Assembly (NCBI GenBank): GCA_963827235.1
Contig: CAWHAE010000012.1
Location: 1,216,001 to 1,280,000, forward strand
DNA: 64,000 nucleotides
Source of the DNA: an uncultured bacterium
GTDB taxonomy: Bacteria > Chloroflexota > UBA5177 > JANWHV01
Direction: 5' to 3'
Of this stretch, positions 18,236 through 27,567 are shown piece after piece. A program made the position numbers and the translations under genes. The notes beneath the pieces were generated by a model. It was given only the letters and a program-made list of their open reading frames with translations, searched no databases and had not been told where the DNA came from. Positions within the stretch are counted from its first letter, which is position 1; every line of letters starts with the position of its first letter.

Positions 18236-20035
18236 ATGAGTATTCCGCGACCAGAGTATCCGCGACCACAGTTTGTGCGTGCCGACTGGCTGTGTCTCAA
18301 CGGCGAATGGCAGTTTGAGATCGACTCCGGCGACAGCGGACTGGAGCGCGGCCTGCTGCGGCGCGACCTCACGCAGCGCATCGTGGTGCCCTTCTGCCCG
18401 GAGGCGCCCCTCTCCGGCATCGGCAATACCGACTTCATGCACGCGGTGTGGTATCGCCGCACCGTGACCGTGCCCGCCGAATGGGCAGGCCGCCGCGTGC
18501 TGCTCCACCTGCAGGCCGTCGATTACGATGCCACGGTCTGGGTCAACGGCAAGGAAGTGGGCCGCCACCGCGGCGGCTTCACACCCTTCACCTGCGATCT
18601 GCACGGCGTCGCCGCGCCGGGCGAGGCGATCACCATCGTCGTTCGCGCTCGGGACGACTACCACGTTCCCCAGCCGCGTGGTAAGCAGGCCGAGCTTTAT
18701 GACAACAACGGCTGCGATTACGTCAGGACCACCGGAATCTGGCAGACGGTCTGGCTGGAGCCCGTCCCCCACTGCCACCTGCTGCGGCCCCGCTTGACTC
18801 CCGACGTTGCCGCCGGCTCCATCCGTCTGGAACAGGGGCTGAGCGAGAACCGCCGCGGCTATCGCGTCCGAGCCGCCCTGCGCGATGCCCTGGGCGTGGT
18901 CGCCACTGCCCAGCGCGCCGCCGATGCGGACCGCACGCCCACCCTTGATCTGCCCGTCCCCGCCGACCGGCGCCGCCCGTGGTCACCCGACGACCCGCAC
19001 CTCTATGACCTCGAGATCGAGCTCCTCGACGCCGAGGGACGCACCGTCGATCGGGCCACGAGCTACGCGGGCCTGCGCAGCGTGACCACCGAGGGCACGG
19101 CAATCAAGATCAACGGCCGTACGATCTTCCAGCGGCTCGTGCTCGATCAAGGCTACTACGCGGACGGCATCCTGACCGCTCCTACCGACGAGGCCCTGCG
19201 CAAGGACATCGAGCTTGGACTGGCCGCAGGCTTCAACGGAGCCCGGCTGCACCAGAAGGTATTCGAGGAGCGCTACCTCTACCACGCCGACCACCTGGGC
19301 TATCTGGTGTGGGGCGAGTTCCCCGACTGGGGCTGCGGCGGCTACGGGCCGGAGCACGATCACCAGCAGCCGGGTGCCGCCTACATCACGCAGTGGCTGG
19401 AGGCAATCATGCGCGACTACGCGCATCCTTGCATCGTGGGCTGGTGTCCGATGAACGAAACGCACCAGCGCATCACCGACCGCATTTCCGTGCTGGACGA
19501 CGTCATGCGCGGCATGTTCCTGGCAGCCAAAGCCCTGGACACCACCCGGCCGGTGCTGGACACCTCGGGCTATTCCCATCGCGTGCCCGAGGCGGACGTG
19601 TACGACTGCCATGACTACGAGCAGGATACGGCCGTCTTCAAGGAGAATTACCGCTATCCCGACTCGGCAGGCGGTCCGGCGTTCGTGCGCACGCAGGCGC
19701 ATCTCGCCTGGTCTCTCCCCTACCGCGACCAGCCGTTCTTCGTCAGCGAGTTCGGGGGCATCTGGTGGAATCCCCTGGTCAAGCCGGAAGAGTTCTCCTG
19801 GGGCTACGGTAATCGCCCTGCCAATCTGGAGGAGTTCTTCGCACGCTTTACCGGTCTGATTGATACCCTGCTGGACGATCCGGCCATGTTCGGCTACTGC
19901 TACACGCAGCTCACCGACGTGTACCAGGAGCAGAACGGGATCTACACCTTCGATCGGCAAGAGAAGTTCGACATGGAGCGCGTACGCCGTGTGCAGCGGC
20001 GCCCCGCGGCGTGTGAAGCGGCGCCGAGGGAATAG
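18236..20035 (+). CDS. Glycoside hydrolase family 2 (beta-galactosidase/glucuronidase-like)
   Basis: PRPEYPRPQF..WLCLNGEWQF, AVDY..TVWVNG, TTGIWQTVWLE, LDQGY, GFNGARLHQK, acid/base 'WCPMNE', nucleophile 'FVSEFGG', GYCYTQLTDV. Confidence 0.93.
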   Translation: MSIPRPEYPRPQFVRADWLCLNGEWQFEIDSGDSGLERGLLRRDLTQRIVVPFCPEAPLSGIGNTDFMHAVWYRRTVTVPAEWAGRRVLLHLQAVDYDATVWVNGKEVGRHRGGFTPFTCDLHGVAAPGEAITIVVRARDDYHVPQPRGKQAELYDNNGCDYVRTTGIWQTVWLEPVPHCHLLRPRLTPDVAAGSIRLEQGLSENRRGYRVRAALRDALGVVATAQRAADADRTPTLDLPVPADRRRPWSPDDPHLYDLEIELLDAEGRTVDRATSYAGLRSVTTEGTAIKINGRTIFQRLVLDQGYYADGILTAPTDEALRKDIELGLAAGFNGARLHQKVFEERYLYHADHLGYLVWGEFPDWGCGGYGPEHDHQQPGAAYITQWLEAIMRDYAHPCIVGWCPMNETHQRITDRISVLDDVMRGMFLAAKALDTTRPVLDTSGYSHRVPEADVYDCHDYEQDTAVFKENYRYPDSAGGPAFVRTQAHLAWSLPYRDQPFFVSEFGGIWWNPLVKPEEFSWGYGNRPANLEEFFARFTGLIDTLLDDPAMFGYCYTQLTDVYQEQNGIYTFDRQEKFDMERVRRVQRRPAACEAAPRE

Positions 20036-20181
20036 GGCGGGCAGGCAGTGCCGCGTCGCCGGTGGCGCAATCCTGCGACGCCGCCCGCCTTGTATTGACG
20101 ACGGAGTATCGAAGCCGAAGGAGCACCACTGATGGTATTGTCGCGTCTTGCCGAGGTTGGCTGCATCATGGGAGGTGCGCG

Positions 20182-21450
20182 ATGACTCCGCGGGACCGCG
20201 TGCTGCGCGCGCTGGCCTTCGAGCGGACCGACCGCGTGCCGTGCGACCTGGGCGCTATGCGCTCCACGGGCATCAGCGCATTTGCTTACCCAAAGCTGGT
20301 CGAGGCTCTCGGCCTTCCGCCCAGACGGCCACGCGTCCACGACACCGAGCAGATGCTGGCCTTGCCGGATAGGGATGTGCTGGATGCGCTCGGCTGCGAC
20401 GTCGTCACCATCGACGGCGGCGTGACCAACGCCTTCGACGAGCCCGAGAAATGGCACGACTACGACTTCGCCGGCCGTCTGCCGGCACGGGTGCTCGACC
20501 CCACCGCGTTCCAGGCCTTGTCCGACGGCAGCATCGTGCAGGGAGGCGGCACGCGACGGATGCCGGCCACGTCCTTCGTCTTCGACGTCGAGCATGGCGG
20601 CCAGCCACTGCTCGGTTTCGACCAGCCACTGCCTCTGCTCGATCTGCGGCAGTATGCCCGGGACCTGCAGGCCCAGGAGCCGACCGGCGAGCAGATTCGG
20701 CGGGCGGCAACCCTGGCGCGACGCGTACGCGATGCAACCGACCGGGCAGTATTCATGGCCGACTACTGTTACGCGGGGCTGGGGATCGGCGCTCACGGCG
20801 GGATCGGCATCTTCCCCGTGATCTGCAAGCTGGAGCCGGACTACGTGCACGAGTACCACGAGATCACGATTGAGCACGCCCTGCGGACCATTCGCGCGGT
20901 CCTGCCTGAGCTGCGGGGCTGCGTCGACGTCGCGATCACCACGACGGACGACTGGGGGACGCAACAGTCGCTGATCGCCTCCCCGCAGACCTATCGCACA
21001 CTCTTCATGCCCTATTACCGCCGCTTCAACGAGGAGGTGCACCGGCTGCTGCCGGGCGTGAAGGTATTCATCCACACCTGCGGTGCCATCTACGGCATCC
21101 TCGACATGCTGGTGGAAAGCGGCTTCGACATCATCAACCCCGTGCAATGGCCGGCCGGCGGACATTCCTACCGGGACTGGAAGGATGCGCTGCGAGGCAA
21201 AGCCACCATGTGGGGCGGCGGCGTCAATGCCCAGGCGACACTGGCCCTGGGCACGACGACGCAGGTGACAGAGGAGGTCACCGACGTCGTGCGCTACTGC
21301 CGGGAGGACGGCGGTTACGTCTTCAACAGCATCCACAATCTGCTGGCGGAGGTACCGGCGGAACGGGTGGTGGCCATGTACAGGGCTGCCGTCCAGTGCA
21401 CATCTCCCAGGCCACGGCGGCCTGACGAAGAACGTGCGGATGGGCGATAG
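20182..21450 (+). CDS. Uroporphyrinogen decarboxylase/MtaA-like family protein (URO-D_like)
   Basis: MTPRDRVLRAL..ERTDRVP, 'DDWGTQ..LIASP', HTCG, 'INPVQW', 'WGGGV', 'GGYVFNSIHNL'. GGAGG RBS. Confidence 0.88.
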   Translation: MTPRDRVLRALAFERTDRVPCDLGAMRSTGISAFAYPKLVEALGLPPRRPRVHDTEQMLALPDRDVLDALGCDVVTIDGGVTNAFDEPEKWHDYDFAGRLPARVLDPTAFQALSDGSIVQGGGTRRMPATSFVFDVEHGGQPLLGFDQPLPLLDLRQYARDLQAQEPTGEQIRRAATLARRVRDATDRAVFMADYCYAGLGIGAHGGIGIFPVICKLEPDYVHEYHEITIEHALRTIRAVLPELRGCVDVAITTTDDWGTQQSLIASPQTYRTLFMPYYRRFNEEVHRLLPGVKVFIHTCGAIYGILDMLVESGFDIINPVQWPAGGHSYRDWKDALRGKATMWGGGVNAQATLALGTTTQVTEEVTDVVRYCREDGGYVFNSIHNLLAEVPAERVVAMYRAAVQCTSPRPRRPDEERADGR

Positions 21451-21688
21451 TCGTCTCACTCGGCGCTAGACGCTTCCCATCCGAATAAGCGGCGCGGCGG
21501 GCGAGGAGCCTCCACCTGCGGTGAGAAGGCAGGGAAAGGGCCGGCCGGTCTACTCACCGCGGGTAGCGGCGCCAGGCTCGTGGCCGGCCGGAAGCAGCTC
21601 GATACCACCGATGCTTTGGTGCTCCCGCCGGTCGCGAGCGACGCGCTACACCGGTGGCGATACGCTGTAGGGAACGCGTGGGGTAGCG

Positions 21689-22306
21689 GTGGGCAGGATC
21701 GCGGGCGATGCCGGCGCGGCGACCTCACAGCGGCAGGGCCGGATCGTCGACGGGAGGCCAATCACGGAGGTCTCAGGCACGGGTGCGGATCTACAATTCC
21801 GGGCGGCTGTGCCGGACGACGCCGGCATGATCGCCGCGCTGCACGCCGACAGCTGGCGTCGCACGTACAGGGGTGTCTTCTCCGACGTCTACCTGGATCA
21901 CGAAGCGCCATCCGAGCGCCGCCGCTACTGGCACCGCCATCTGCGGACGAAGCCGGGTGCGCAGCAGCGCGTCCTGGTGGCCCTCGACGGCGGCACCTGT
22001 GCCGGTTTCATCTGTATCGTCCTGGACGCCGAGCCGGCCTGGGGTCCGCTGCTCGACAATCTGCATGTGCGGCAGGACTACCAGAGCCGCGGCATTGGAC
22101 GGCGCCTGGTCGAGGCCGGGCGTCTCTGGGTGCGGTGCCGTGGCCCGCACGACAGGTGGCATCTGTGGGTGGTGGAGAGCAACCAGGCTGCCCGCCGTAT
22201 CTACGAGCATCTTGGTTGGGCACCGGCAGAACGATCCATCCACCATGCACCTGACGGCTCCGAGTTCCCGGCGTGGCGCTACGTACAGGACATCCCGGCA
22301 CAGTAG
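21689..22306 (+). CDS. GNAT family N-acetyltransferase
   Basis: 'IAALHADSWRRTYRG', acetyl-CoA motif LHVRQDYQSRGIGRRL, 'LWVVESNQAARRIYEHLG'. Start uncertain. Confidence 0.85.
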   Translation: MGRIAGDAGAATSQRQGRIVDGRPITEVSGTGADLQFRAAVPDDAGMIAALHADSWRRTYRGVFSDVYLDHEAPSERRRYWHRHLRTKPGAQQRVLVALDGGTCAGFICIVLDAEPAWGPLLDNLHVRQDYQSRGIGRRLVEAGRLWVRCRGPHDRWHLWVVESNQAARRIYEHLGWAPAERSIHHAPDGSEFPAWRYVQDIPAQ

Positions 22307-22484
22307 CGGTGCTTCTCGCCTCGCCGCGATCGCCCGGCACCGGTCAGAGCCCAGAACATCAGCAGGAGCGAACCGAACTCTGAACGTCACCGGAGAATGG
22401 AGATGGCGGTTAGTCCGGCGCTGACCCAGTACCGCCGGTCTCATAGTGCTCTCCCTATGCGGCCGAACGTGTGCCTCGAACTCA

Positions 22485-23762
22485 CTACCAGATCGTCAGA
22501 GAGTCAAGGAGGAGCTGGCGCAGCGTCGTCTCAGTGAATAGGCGCGGCGACAGCTTGGTGACGCGGTGTTGGGGCAAAGTTCCGGCGACGAGCTGGTCCA
22601 CATCCGCCGGTGTGAAGCCGACCGCCTGCAGCCCGTTGGGCATGCCGGTCTGCTGCATCAGTCGCACGATCGCCCCGGCGAGCGCCTCGCCGGCGGCATC
22701 TTCGTCTACCTCGCTGGTGTCGGCGCCCAGCAGGCGTGCCGCATGCAAGTGTCGCTGCGGATTCGCCGCCGCTGTGAAGCGGAACACGGCAGGAGCCGTC
22801 AGGATCACGGACATGCCATGCGGGATGATCGGGTGGTCGGCAGGATAATCTGAGGGCACGAAGTGGCGAGCCAGACCGGAGATGGGGTAGGACATGCCGT
22901 GCGGCAGGTGTACGCCCGCGTTGCCAAAGCCGATGCCGGCGTAGGTCGCCGCCAACAGCATCTGTTCACGCGCCTCGTCGTCCGTGGGATCCGAGATGGT
23001 GCGCACGAGCGAGCGGGCGACCATGGCGATTGCCTGGGTGGACCAGACGTCGCTGATCGGGTTAGCACCCTGATAGCTCGGCCGAAGACCTGGCTGCTCG
23101 GGTGCCTGCCGCGCGGAGAACGGCAGGGCCGTGTAGGATTCGAGGGCGTGGCTGAGCACGTCCAGGCCGCTGCAGGCAGCGACCATCTTCGGCAGTGCGC
23201 GTGTGTTGTCCGGGTCGACGATGCCCAGGGCGGGGCGCAGCGCACGGTGCGCAATGCCGGTCTTCGCATGCAGATCCTGGCAGTCGAAGATCGCCACGCC
23301 GGTCGTCTCGCTGCCGGTCCCCGCCGTGGTAGGGATGGCGATCAGCGGTCGCAAGGGGCCCGGCACCGGACGCGCCTGTCCGATCGGCGCGTTCACGTAG
23401 GTCAGCAAGTCGGCGGGGTAGGTGGCATAGAGGTTGGCCGCTTTGGCGGTATCGATGCTGGAGCCGCCTCCCACGGCTACATACCCATCGAAGCGGCCGG
23501 CGACGGCAAATTCTATCGCTTCGGCGAACGAACGGTCGGTCGGTTCCACGCGCACGGCGTCGAAGAGCACGGCGTCGATTCGGGCGGCGCCGAGGGCATC
23601 CAGCGTGACCGCGACGCTCTCGCTTGCGGCGAGCACGTGATCGGTGACGACCATCACGCGCCGGCCACCCAAGCGCAACATGTCGGCACCCACCTCGCGC
23701 GTGGCGCCGCGGCCGAACTTGATGCTGGAGGTATCCATCGTGAAGACCGTTTCGACAGTCAT
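22485..23762 (-). CDS. Hydroxyacid-oxoacid transhydrogenase (HOT/ADHFE1-like, Fe-ADH family)
   Basis: SSIKFGRGATREVG, VEPTD.SF, GGGSSIDTAKAANLY, YVNAPIG, PTTAGTGSETTG, GLDVLSHALESYTA, RPSYQGANPISD, GNAGVHLPHGMSYPI, PHGMSV, LPQHRVTKLSP. Confidence 0.92.
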   Translation of the reverse strand: MTVETVFTMDTSSIKFGRGATREVGADMLRLGGRRVMVVTDHVLAASESVAVTLDALGAARIDAVLFDAVRVEPTDRSFAEAIEFAVAGRFDGYVAVGGGSSIDTAKAANLYATYPADLLTYVNAPIGQARPVPGPLRPLIAIPTTAGTGSETTGVAIFDCQDLHAKTGIAHRALRPALGIVDPDNTRALPKMVAACSGLDVLSHALESYTALPFSARQAPEQPGLRPSYQGANPISDVWSTQAIAMVARSLVRTISDPTDDEAREQMLLAATYAGIGFGNAGVHLPHGMSYPISGLARHFVPSDYPADHPIIPHGMSVILTAPAVFRFTAAANPQRHLHAARLLGADTSEVDEDAAGEALAGAIVRLMQQTGMPNGLQAVGFTPADVDQLVAGTLPQHRVTKLSPRLFTETTLRQLLLDSLTIW

Positions 23763-23936
23763 TGGTCACCTCGTTGTTGGGTGTAGAGGAGTTTGAACAG
23801 GCTTGAGGCGCATGATACGGCCCGATTGCATAGGTGGTGACATCCAGAACGGCGGGTGCCGAGTGCGCGGGATATCGAGCCACGATGTTGGTTGACGCTC
23901 TATCCTCCTCGACGGTGCGCTATTCGTTGATCTCAT

Positions 23937-23986
23937 CCTATCAGCCTAGCGGATAGCTTGACAGGTTCGGCATAGTGGCGTACAGT
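23937..23986 (+). promoter_or_regulatory. 29-bp operator CCTATCA-N15-TGACAGG overlapping the -35 of promoter TTGACA-N17-TACAGT
   Basis: CCTATCAGCCTAGCGGATAGCTTGACAGG (23937-23965). Same architecture at 24976 and a partial copy at 31291. Confidence 0.75.
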
Positions 23987-24207
23987 ATCGCGTATTGCGG
24001 CAGCCCATGCGATGTCACGCCGGCAGACCTCGCAGACCGTTCCTCCATGTCAGTCGTCCTGCGAGGCGCGGGTAAGGCTGTGTTCGCGTCGCTTGGTGCA
24101 CGGCAACGTGACGGAACTGTGCCGCCGACCTCATTTGGTGCGATACGGTGCCCGACGTTGCATGTCATGAGGACCTGCCTCGCACCCACTGCCAAGGGTG
24201 GGAATAG

Positions 24208-24957
24208 ATGGAGATTGAGACACCCGACATCGTGCGCCTGCCGCGGGAGCTTGTCGAGGGCCTGGCGAGCATTGGGAGCGCGACGGCCACAAGCGAGTTG
24301 AGTCGTCTGGGTATCCGCTCTGCGCATCTGCAGGGCCTCACGTCCTGGACGCCCGGCGTGGCCATGGCGGGCTCCGCACTGACTCTGCAGTTCATGCCCA
24401 AACGTGAGGACGTCTACACGGCCGCGGAATATGCCGATCCGGAGCGGCAGCTGCACCGGCACGTGCTCTACCGCGCCCAGCCCGGTGATGTCGTGGTGGT
24501 CGATGCCCGCGGAGATCTGGGGAGCGGCGTGTTCGGCGACATGATGTTGACCTACTTCAAGGGGCGGGGGGGCCGTGGCGTCGTCGTAGATGGCTGCATC
24601 CGCGACTATCCCAGGGTGAAGCGCCTCGGACTCGGCCTCTGGCTGCGCGGCGTCACACCCAACTTCCATACACAGACCGCCATCTTTCCCTACGCGGTGA
24701 ACGTGCCGATTGCCTGCGGCGGTGTGCTGGTGCAGCCGGGTGACGTGATCGTCGCAGATGACGATGGTGCGGTCGTCGTCCCGGCCTCGCTGGCCTCTGC
24801 GCTGCTCGAGGCGGCCAGCCAGCACGCCGAATGGGAGGATTTTGCCCGACTGCGGCTCTCGGAGGGCGGCGATCTCCGGCGCTACTACCCGCTGTCGGAG
24901 GAGGCGCGGACCGAATACCTGGCCTGGCGGGCCTCGCAGGGCCCGGACAAGCCCTGA
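24208..24957 (+). CDS. RraA-like / HMG-type class II pyruvate aldolase family protein
   Basis: 'MAGSALTLQFMPKRED', 'PGDVVVVDARG...GVFGDMM', 'VVDGCIRD', 'NVPIACGGVLVQPGDVIVADDDGAVVVP'. Confidence 0.88.
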   Translation: MEIETPDIVRLPRELVEGLASIGSATATSELSRLGIRSAHLQGLTSWTPGVAMAGSALTLQFMPKREDVYTAAEYADPERQLHRHVLYRAQPGDVVVVDARGDLGSGVFGDMMLTYFKGRGGRGVVVDGCIRDYPRVKRLGLGLWLRGVTPNFHTQTAIFPYAVNVPIACGGVLVQPGDVIVADDDGAVVVPASLASALLEAASQHAEWEDFARLRLSEGGDLRRYYPLSEEARTEYLAWRASQGPDKP

Positions 24958-24975
24958 ATAGGACCGCTATACCGA

Positions 24976-25026
24976 CCTATCATACTATCATATAGCTTGA
25001 CAGGATGACCCCCACAGTGCCATAAT
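24976..25026 (+). promoter_or_regulatory. 29-bp operator plus promoter TTGACA-N18-CATAAT for the ABC operon
   Basis: CCTATCATACTATCATATAGCTTGACAGG (24976-25004). CATAAT at 25021-25026. Confidence 0.75.
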
Positions 25027-25089
25027 TGTTGAATCGCGCGGGGACGCAAACGGATCGTTGGATCCGGCAGGGTTTTGGAGGAGGTCGAC

Positions 25090-26469
25090 ATGGCCAGAGA
25101 AGGGTCACGGTCGCGCAGAGAGTTCTTGCTAGACACGGCACGAGTGGGAGCCGGTGTCGCCGCGGGCGCCGGGATGCTTGGCACAGTTGCGAGGGTGCAG
25201 GCCGCACGGCCGAGTGCCGGCGCCGTCACCATCACCTATCTGGACTATCAAAAGCTCCGCGCCGAGTGGGTCGCGCGCTGGATCCCCAAGTTCGAAGCCA
25301 TGACCGCGGCAGCCGGCAACCCGATCAAGGTGAATCACCAGGTCGGCCCAACCCCCGACGTGGACTTCCAGACCAAGATCACGGTCGAATACGCCGCCAA
25401 CAACGGACCGGACGTGAGCTGCTACGGCTCGAGTTGGCTGCTGCCCTTTGTCTCCGCCGGTTACCTGCAGGATCTCACGCCCTACGTGAGCAAGTGGTCC
25501 GACTGGAGTAAGTACTATCCTATCTCCCTCAAACCGGTCACGGTCGGGGGCAAAGTCTACGCCGTGCCTCAGGAAGCATCCCTGGAATTCCTCTTCTACC
25601 ACAAGGATATTCTGACCAAGGCCGGCATCTCTACCGCGCAGCCTACCAGCTGGGCCGATCTGCTGGACCGCGGTCGCGAGATCAAGGCCAAGACCGGCAA
25701 ATACGCCATGCTGTTCGATGCCGGCATCCAGTGGGGCGGCGGCGTGTGGCAGGAGGCCTTCGGTCCTCTGATGCTGGGCACGAAGAGCCCGATCTACGAC
25801 GCGGCATCCTCCAAGTGGGTTGTGCGCAGCCAGGGGCTGCTGCAAACCTTCCAGTTCTACGAGTCGCTCTACACCGAGCAGTTGATGCCGATCCAGCCGC
25901 TGCTGAATCCCTCTCCATGGGTGATCCCAAAGTATAAGATGTTCCCCGCGGGACAACTGGTGATCAGCGTTGGCGGCAGTTGGTCGTGGCAATTTGACTG
26001 GGGGGCGCAGGGCGCCGGTCCTATCGCCAACGAGCTCGCCGTCCTGGGCACATGGGATTTCCCCACGCAGGATGGATCCAGCAAGCCCTATGTCTGGACC
26101 GCCGATGGCTATGCCTACACTATTTCGGCCAACAGTCAGCACCCGCAGGAGGCGTTCGAGTTCATCAAGTTCCTGGCGTCGCCCGGCCCTTCGGCTGACG
26201 AGCTCTATTCGATCGGCGCGGTGGCGCCGCGCAAGGACCTGCGCAACACCGCTCCGTATGACAAGCTGCCCAAGATCGTGAGCACCGAAAGCCAGTTGAC
26301 CACCGGCAAGTTCTTCCTGAATTACAACGGCATCGACAAATGGGAGACCTATATCGCCGCGGCGACTGAGTCCATCATCACCGGCAAGGCGACCGCGCAG
26401 CAGGCACTCGACCAGTTCGCCGCCGCGTGCACGAAGGGGATGGGCTCCAGCAGCGTCACCCAGGAGTAG
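25090..26469 (+). CDS. Extracellular solute-binding protein (CUT1) with Tat signal
   Basis: SRREFL twin-arginine motif with no lipobox Cys. 'GYLQDLT', 'GKVYAVP..LFYHKDIL', 'PTSWADL', 'SQHPQEAFEFIKFL'. GGAGG RBS. Confidence 0.9.
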   Translation: MAREGSRSRREFLLDTARVGAGVAAGAGMLGTVARVQAARPSAGAVTITYLDYQKLRAEWVARWIPKFEAMTAAAGNPIKVNHQVGPTPDVDFQTKITVEYAANNGPDVSCYGSSWLLPFVSAGYLQDLTPYVSKWSDWSKYYPISLKPVTVGGKVYAVPQEASLEFLFYHKDILTKAGISTAQPTSWADLLDRGREIKAKTGKYAMLFDAGIQWGGGVWQEAFGPLMLGTKSPIYDAASSKWVVRSQGLLQTFQFYESLYTEQLMPIQPLLNPSPWVIPKYKMFPAGQLVISVGGSWSWQFDWGAQGAGPIANELAVLGTWDFPTQDGSSKPYVWTADGYAYTISANSQHPQEAFEFIKFLASPGPSADELYSIGAVAPRKDLRNTAPYDKLPKIVSTESQLTTGKFFLNYNGIDKWETYIAAATESIITGKATAQQALDQFAAACTKGMGSSSVTQE

Positions 26470-26486
26470 CGCACCGGATTGCGGCT

Positions 26487-26526
26487 CGTGGGGATTGGGG
26501 CGTCGGTCGGCGCCCCAATCCCCACG
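26487..26526 (+). terminator. 16-bp perfect hairpin after the SBP gene (intercistronic stabiliser or attenuator)
   Basis: CGTGGGGATTGGGGCG-N8-CGCCCCAATCCCCACG. No U-tract. Confidence 0.55.
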
Positions 26527-26679
26527 TAAATCAGCAGGCGGATCCTGGTGCCGGTGCGCAACTGCGGCCCGCCACTAATGGCCTCGCCGGCACCGCGCCA
26601 TGCGTGTGCCGGCCGCGCAACGATCACATGCAAAGCCATCCCGGGCATGGGCCGTGAAGCGGATCTGCATGGAGGCTGG

Positions 26680-27567
26680 ATGTTCTTCCGACGGCGTGAA
26701 CGGGTTATCCTGCTCCTGTTCCTGATCCCGGCGCTCGTGCTGCTCGTCGGCTTTCTGCTTGTCCCTGCGGTCTGGGCCGTCTACCTCAGCTTTACCGACC
26801 GCGCGCTGACCGGACCACAAGCCCGCCACCCGGACGTCATCGGGCTGGCTAACTATGCCAACCTCTTTCAGGACTCCAGCTTCTACCAGTCGCTCTGGCT
26901 CACGCTGATCTTCGTTTTCCTCTCGGCGATCGTCGGCCAGTTCGTCGTGGGCCTGCTCGCGGCACTCGTGTTGAACCGCAAGGGCGTACGCGGCGGGGCC
27001 ATCTTCTCCGCCGCGATTCTCATGCCCCTGATCGTGCCGGAGACGATCGCCGCCTACGCCTGGGGCAGCATGCTGGCATCCGGCACCTATGGCGTGGCAA
27101 ATAAGCTGGTCGGGTTGGTCGGTGTCTCGCCGGTCGACTGGCTGCAATCGCAGCCCATGGCCTCGATCATCGTCATGAATATCTGGCGTGGCATCGCCTT
27201 TGCCATGATCATCTTTCAGGCCGCTCTGCAGGGCATTCAACCCGAGATCTTCGAAGCCGCAGACATGGACGGCGCCGGTACGTGGAGTCGCCTGTTCCAC
27301 ATCACGCTGCCGCTGCTCCGCCACGCCATCCTGCTCTACATGCTGCTCACGACGATCTTCACTTTCGGCATCTTCGGCCTAGTCTACATCCTGACCGCCG
27401 GAGGGCCCGGCACTGCGACGCAGATTCTAGGTATCTACATCTACCAGACCTCCTTCCGCTTCTTCGAGCTGGGCTATGGCAGCGCGGCCGCCGTGGTCAC
27501 GCTCCTTGTCGCTCTCTCGCTGGGTCTGGTCTATATCCGCGTGCTGCGGCCGGAGGGAGTCTCATGA
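26680..27567 (+). CDS. Carbohydrate ABC transporter permease (MalF-like)
   Basis: 'FLIPALVLL', 'IGLANY', EAA motif IFEAADMDGA, 'LTAGGPG'. GGAGG RBS. Confidence 0.92.
   Translation: MFFRRRERVILLLFLIPALVLLVGFLLVPAVWAVYLSFTDRALTGPQARHPDVIGLANYANLFQDSSFYQSLWLTLIFVFLSAIVGQFVVGLLAALVLNRKGVRGGAIFSAAILMPLIVPETIAAYAWGSMLASGTYGVANKLVGLVGVSPVDWLQSQPMASIIVMNIWRGIAFAMIIFQAALQGIQPEIFEAADMDGAGTWSRLFHITLPLLRHAILLYMLLTTIFTFGIFGLVYILTAGGPGTATQILGIYIYQTSFRFFELGYGSAAAVVTLLVALSLGLVYIRVLRPEGVS

Noticed and set aside
21504-21600. Stem CCTGCGGTGAG/CTCACCGCGGG and GGAAGCAGC resembling SRP RNA
   Set aside because: Lacks the CAGG-stem-GNRA-stem-AGCAG geometry of SRP domain IV.
21791-22444. Minus-strand ORF with a GGAGAG RBS following HOT
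   Set aside because: Mostly antisense to the well-supported GNAT gene, with no recognisable domain.
23990-24207. Riboswitch in the ~215-nt RraA leader (CCTCGCAG/CTGCGAGG stem; CCCAC/GTGGG hairpin over the RBS)
   Set aside because: No conserved aptamer motif recognised, the stems are short, and the protein operator already explains regulation.
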